From contig OZ024760.1 of NCBI GenBank assembly GCA_964016885.1, positions 28,148,001 to 28,212,000 of the forward strand: DNA of 64,000 bases, in the 5' to 3' direction. Both the position numbers and the translations under genes were made by a program. The stretch is from Eledone cirrhosa. Its lineage: Eukaryota. Below, piece by piece: positions 61,732-64,000 of the stretch; position 1 is the first letter of the stretch, and every line of letters begins with the position of its first letter. The notes beneath the pieces were generated by a model. It ran no database searches, was not told the DNA's origin, and saw nothing but the letters and a program-made list of their open reading frames with translations.

Positions 61732-61800
61732 CCCAAGAATACACCTTCTTTGCTCCAACCAATGGATCAAGGTGAGGTAGCTAATTTCAAGGCAACTTAT
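61732..61800 (+). pseudogene. Pogo/Tigger DDE transposase fragment
   Basis: PKNTPSLLQPMDQGEVANFKATY. Confidence 0.7.
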
Positions 61801-62145
61801 ATAATAACCTGGCCATGGTTTCTGGAACTCAAGATACAACACCAGGAATTCCAAGACTGGAATAAGCAATATTGGAAGAATTAAAGTTTCTTCATCAGGG
61901 GGCGAATACTTCATAGAAATAAGAGGACAAGTGGTCTATATATCATACATACCATTTCACTGCTAGATCTTATGGTGAACGAGGTGTTGTATTGTATGAA
62001 TATATTCCACCCATGGGGACAAGTTGAAAATATATCATATATATCCCCTAGTTATATATATTCGTGGTATTATCCAACTATTAACCGATTTTTCTTTTCG
62101 CCGATTTAGCTTATATTCCCCTAAAAGGAGATTTTGGCTTAAGCG

Positions 62146-62218
<73 letters not shown>

Positions 62219-62300
62219 AATGAAAGGTATAGATATACGATATGAAAGGTATATATATACGATATTAATAAATGGAAACTACATTTATAAAACCATATTT

Positions 62301-62363
62301 ATTTCATTATACATATTTCAAGGATACCATGTTAAATTATGGTATGCCTTCATCAGACAAAAT
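62301..62363 (-). ncRNA. Type I HHR
   Basis: Twin of 63500-63562. Confidence 0.85.
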
Positions 62364-63499
62364 ACAATATATACCAGTTTTATAAATAAACATTGACGTA
62401 CCCTTTCAAAATGCGACCGTTACTTTTGGAAGACATCAGGATAGTGGTTTGTTTATTTTAGTAAGTCGTTGTGTTAAGGAGACGAAAAAAGACGGAGAGA
62501 GAGAGAGAAACCGAGAGAGATAAAAGTGGAGAAAAGAAAGGGAGAGATAAATAAAAAAAGAAAAAAGAAAAAAGAAAACAGAGAAAAACAACAGAGAGAT
62601 ATCCAATCACCAGACAGAGAGAAAAAATCAAGAGAGAGAAATATAGAGATAGAGAGAGAGGGAGAGAACGAAAATCTTAAGTCATGTCATATTAAGTTGA
62701 GTTAACAATTGAGATGAAATGAATAAATAAAATTAGAAATATTAATATTCATGAATGGAATATATATATATAATATGAGAAATTAATCATTGTTTAGTTA
62801 TGATTAGATATTTAGTTTAAAAATTGAGATCAATATATTAAAAATTGGAATTTAAACATTACTAAATATATATATTGCTAGAGAAATTACCTATCATATA
62901 GCACGTACATATACGCAAAAATACATAAATATATATATATACACACACACTCAGAAAATAGACACTATATCTACTTCCGCATATAATATATACATACAAA
63001 ACATAAATGATTTTTTTTTATTACTGCTATATATTCAATTTTTAAACTAAATATCTAATCATAACTAAACAATGATTAATTTCTCATATTATATATATAT
63101 ATATTCCATTCATGAATATTAATATTTTTTATTTTATTTATTCATTTCATCTCAATTGTTAACTCAACTTAATATGACATGACTTAAGGTTTTCGTTCTC
63201 TCCCCCTCTCTCTATCTCTATATTTCTCTCTCTTGATTTTTTCTCTCTGTCTGGTGATTGGATATCTCTCTGTTGTTTTTCTCTGTTTTCTTTTTTCTTT
63301 TTCTTTTTTTATTTATCTCTCCCTTTCTTTTCTCCACTTTTATCTCTCTCGGTTTCTCTCTCTCTCTCCGTCTTTTTCCGTCTCCTTAACACAACGACTT
63401 ACTAAAATAAACAAACCACTATCCTGATGTCTTCCAAAAGTAACGGTCGCATTTTGAAAGGGTACGTCAATGTTTGTTTATAAAACTGGTATATATTGT

Positions 63500-63562
63500 A
63501 TTTTGTCTGATGAAGGCATACCATAATTTAACATGGTATCCTTGAAATATGTATAATGAAAT
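63500..63562 (+). ncRNA. Type I HHR
   Basis: attttgt-CTGATGA-aggcataccat...atggtatcctt-GAAA-tatgta-TA-atgaaat. Confidence 0.85.
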
Positions 63563-63723
63563 AAATATGGTTTCATAAATATAGTTTCCATTTATTAATA
63601 TCGTATATTTACTCCAAATATTTGTCGAGTGCTTTATATCAGTTATAAAAATATTTGCTTGTTGTATCCCAACAATTTAAATAGAACTTTTGCATATATA
63701 TATATATATATATATATGTGTAT

Positions 63724-63761
<38 letters not shown>

Positions 63762-63782
63762 TAAATAACATCAGACAATTAT

Positions 63783-63853
63783 TCCATTTACCAAAGGTTT
63801 CACGAAGACAGACGAGCTCAACAGAGACGTCTGAAATCGCTCATCAGAATGAA
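63783..63853 (-). ncRNA. Type I HHR
   Basis: ttcatt-CTGATGA-gcgatttcagacg...cgtctgtcttcgt-GAAA-cc ttt gg-TA-aatgga. Confidence 0.82.
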
Positions 63854-64000
63854 AATTTAATGGACGTAAAATATGGATTTCAAAACAAAGGCTATTACAA
63901 TTGAAAGCGAGGCTGATATATAATAAAATAAAGATAAGAAATAAATTAAAATAACAGGAAAAATATACACACTGAAGCATACATATATATATATATATAT

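Larger units (their letters stand above)
62262..63692. mobile_element. Non-coding PLE-type inverted insertion (arms 62262-62825 / 63036-63606)
   Basis: ~560-bp near-identical inverted arms with HHRs; extra tail on the right. Confidence 0.82.

Noticed and set aside
61885-61900. CTGATGA on the minus strand (similar lone hits at 10786 and 22189)
   Set aside because: No stem II plus GAAA/NUH arrangement; treated as chance matches.

Overview
Gene-free, extremely repeat-rich eukaryotic DNA; the SINE types and microsatellite load suggest a cephalopod such as Octopus (inference). No host gene is supported, and most listed ORFs are microsatellite artefacts. Real coding remnants are all from transposons: three Penelope-like elements (Naiad-type RT + GIY-YIG), CR1/L2-group, Tx1, R4/Dong, RTE and CRE LINE pieces, and a Tigger fragment. 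The hidden system is RNA-level. By eye I find about 40 type I hammerhead ribozyme (HHR) motifs from roughly 20 short families, nearly all embedded in (TA)n tracts. They include HHRs with 55-110 nt inserts in stem II, C4 core variants, and a 316-bp tandem retrozyme-like repeat whose HHR carries a compensatory U3-A8 core. Many sit in head-to-head inverted pairs, with 3' tails pointing outward and usually one arm longer, which suggests priming on both strands of the palindromic (TA)n target. All coordinates and structures were read manually; ribozyme activity is untested.
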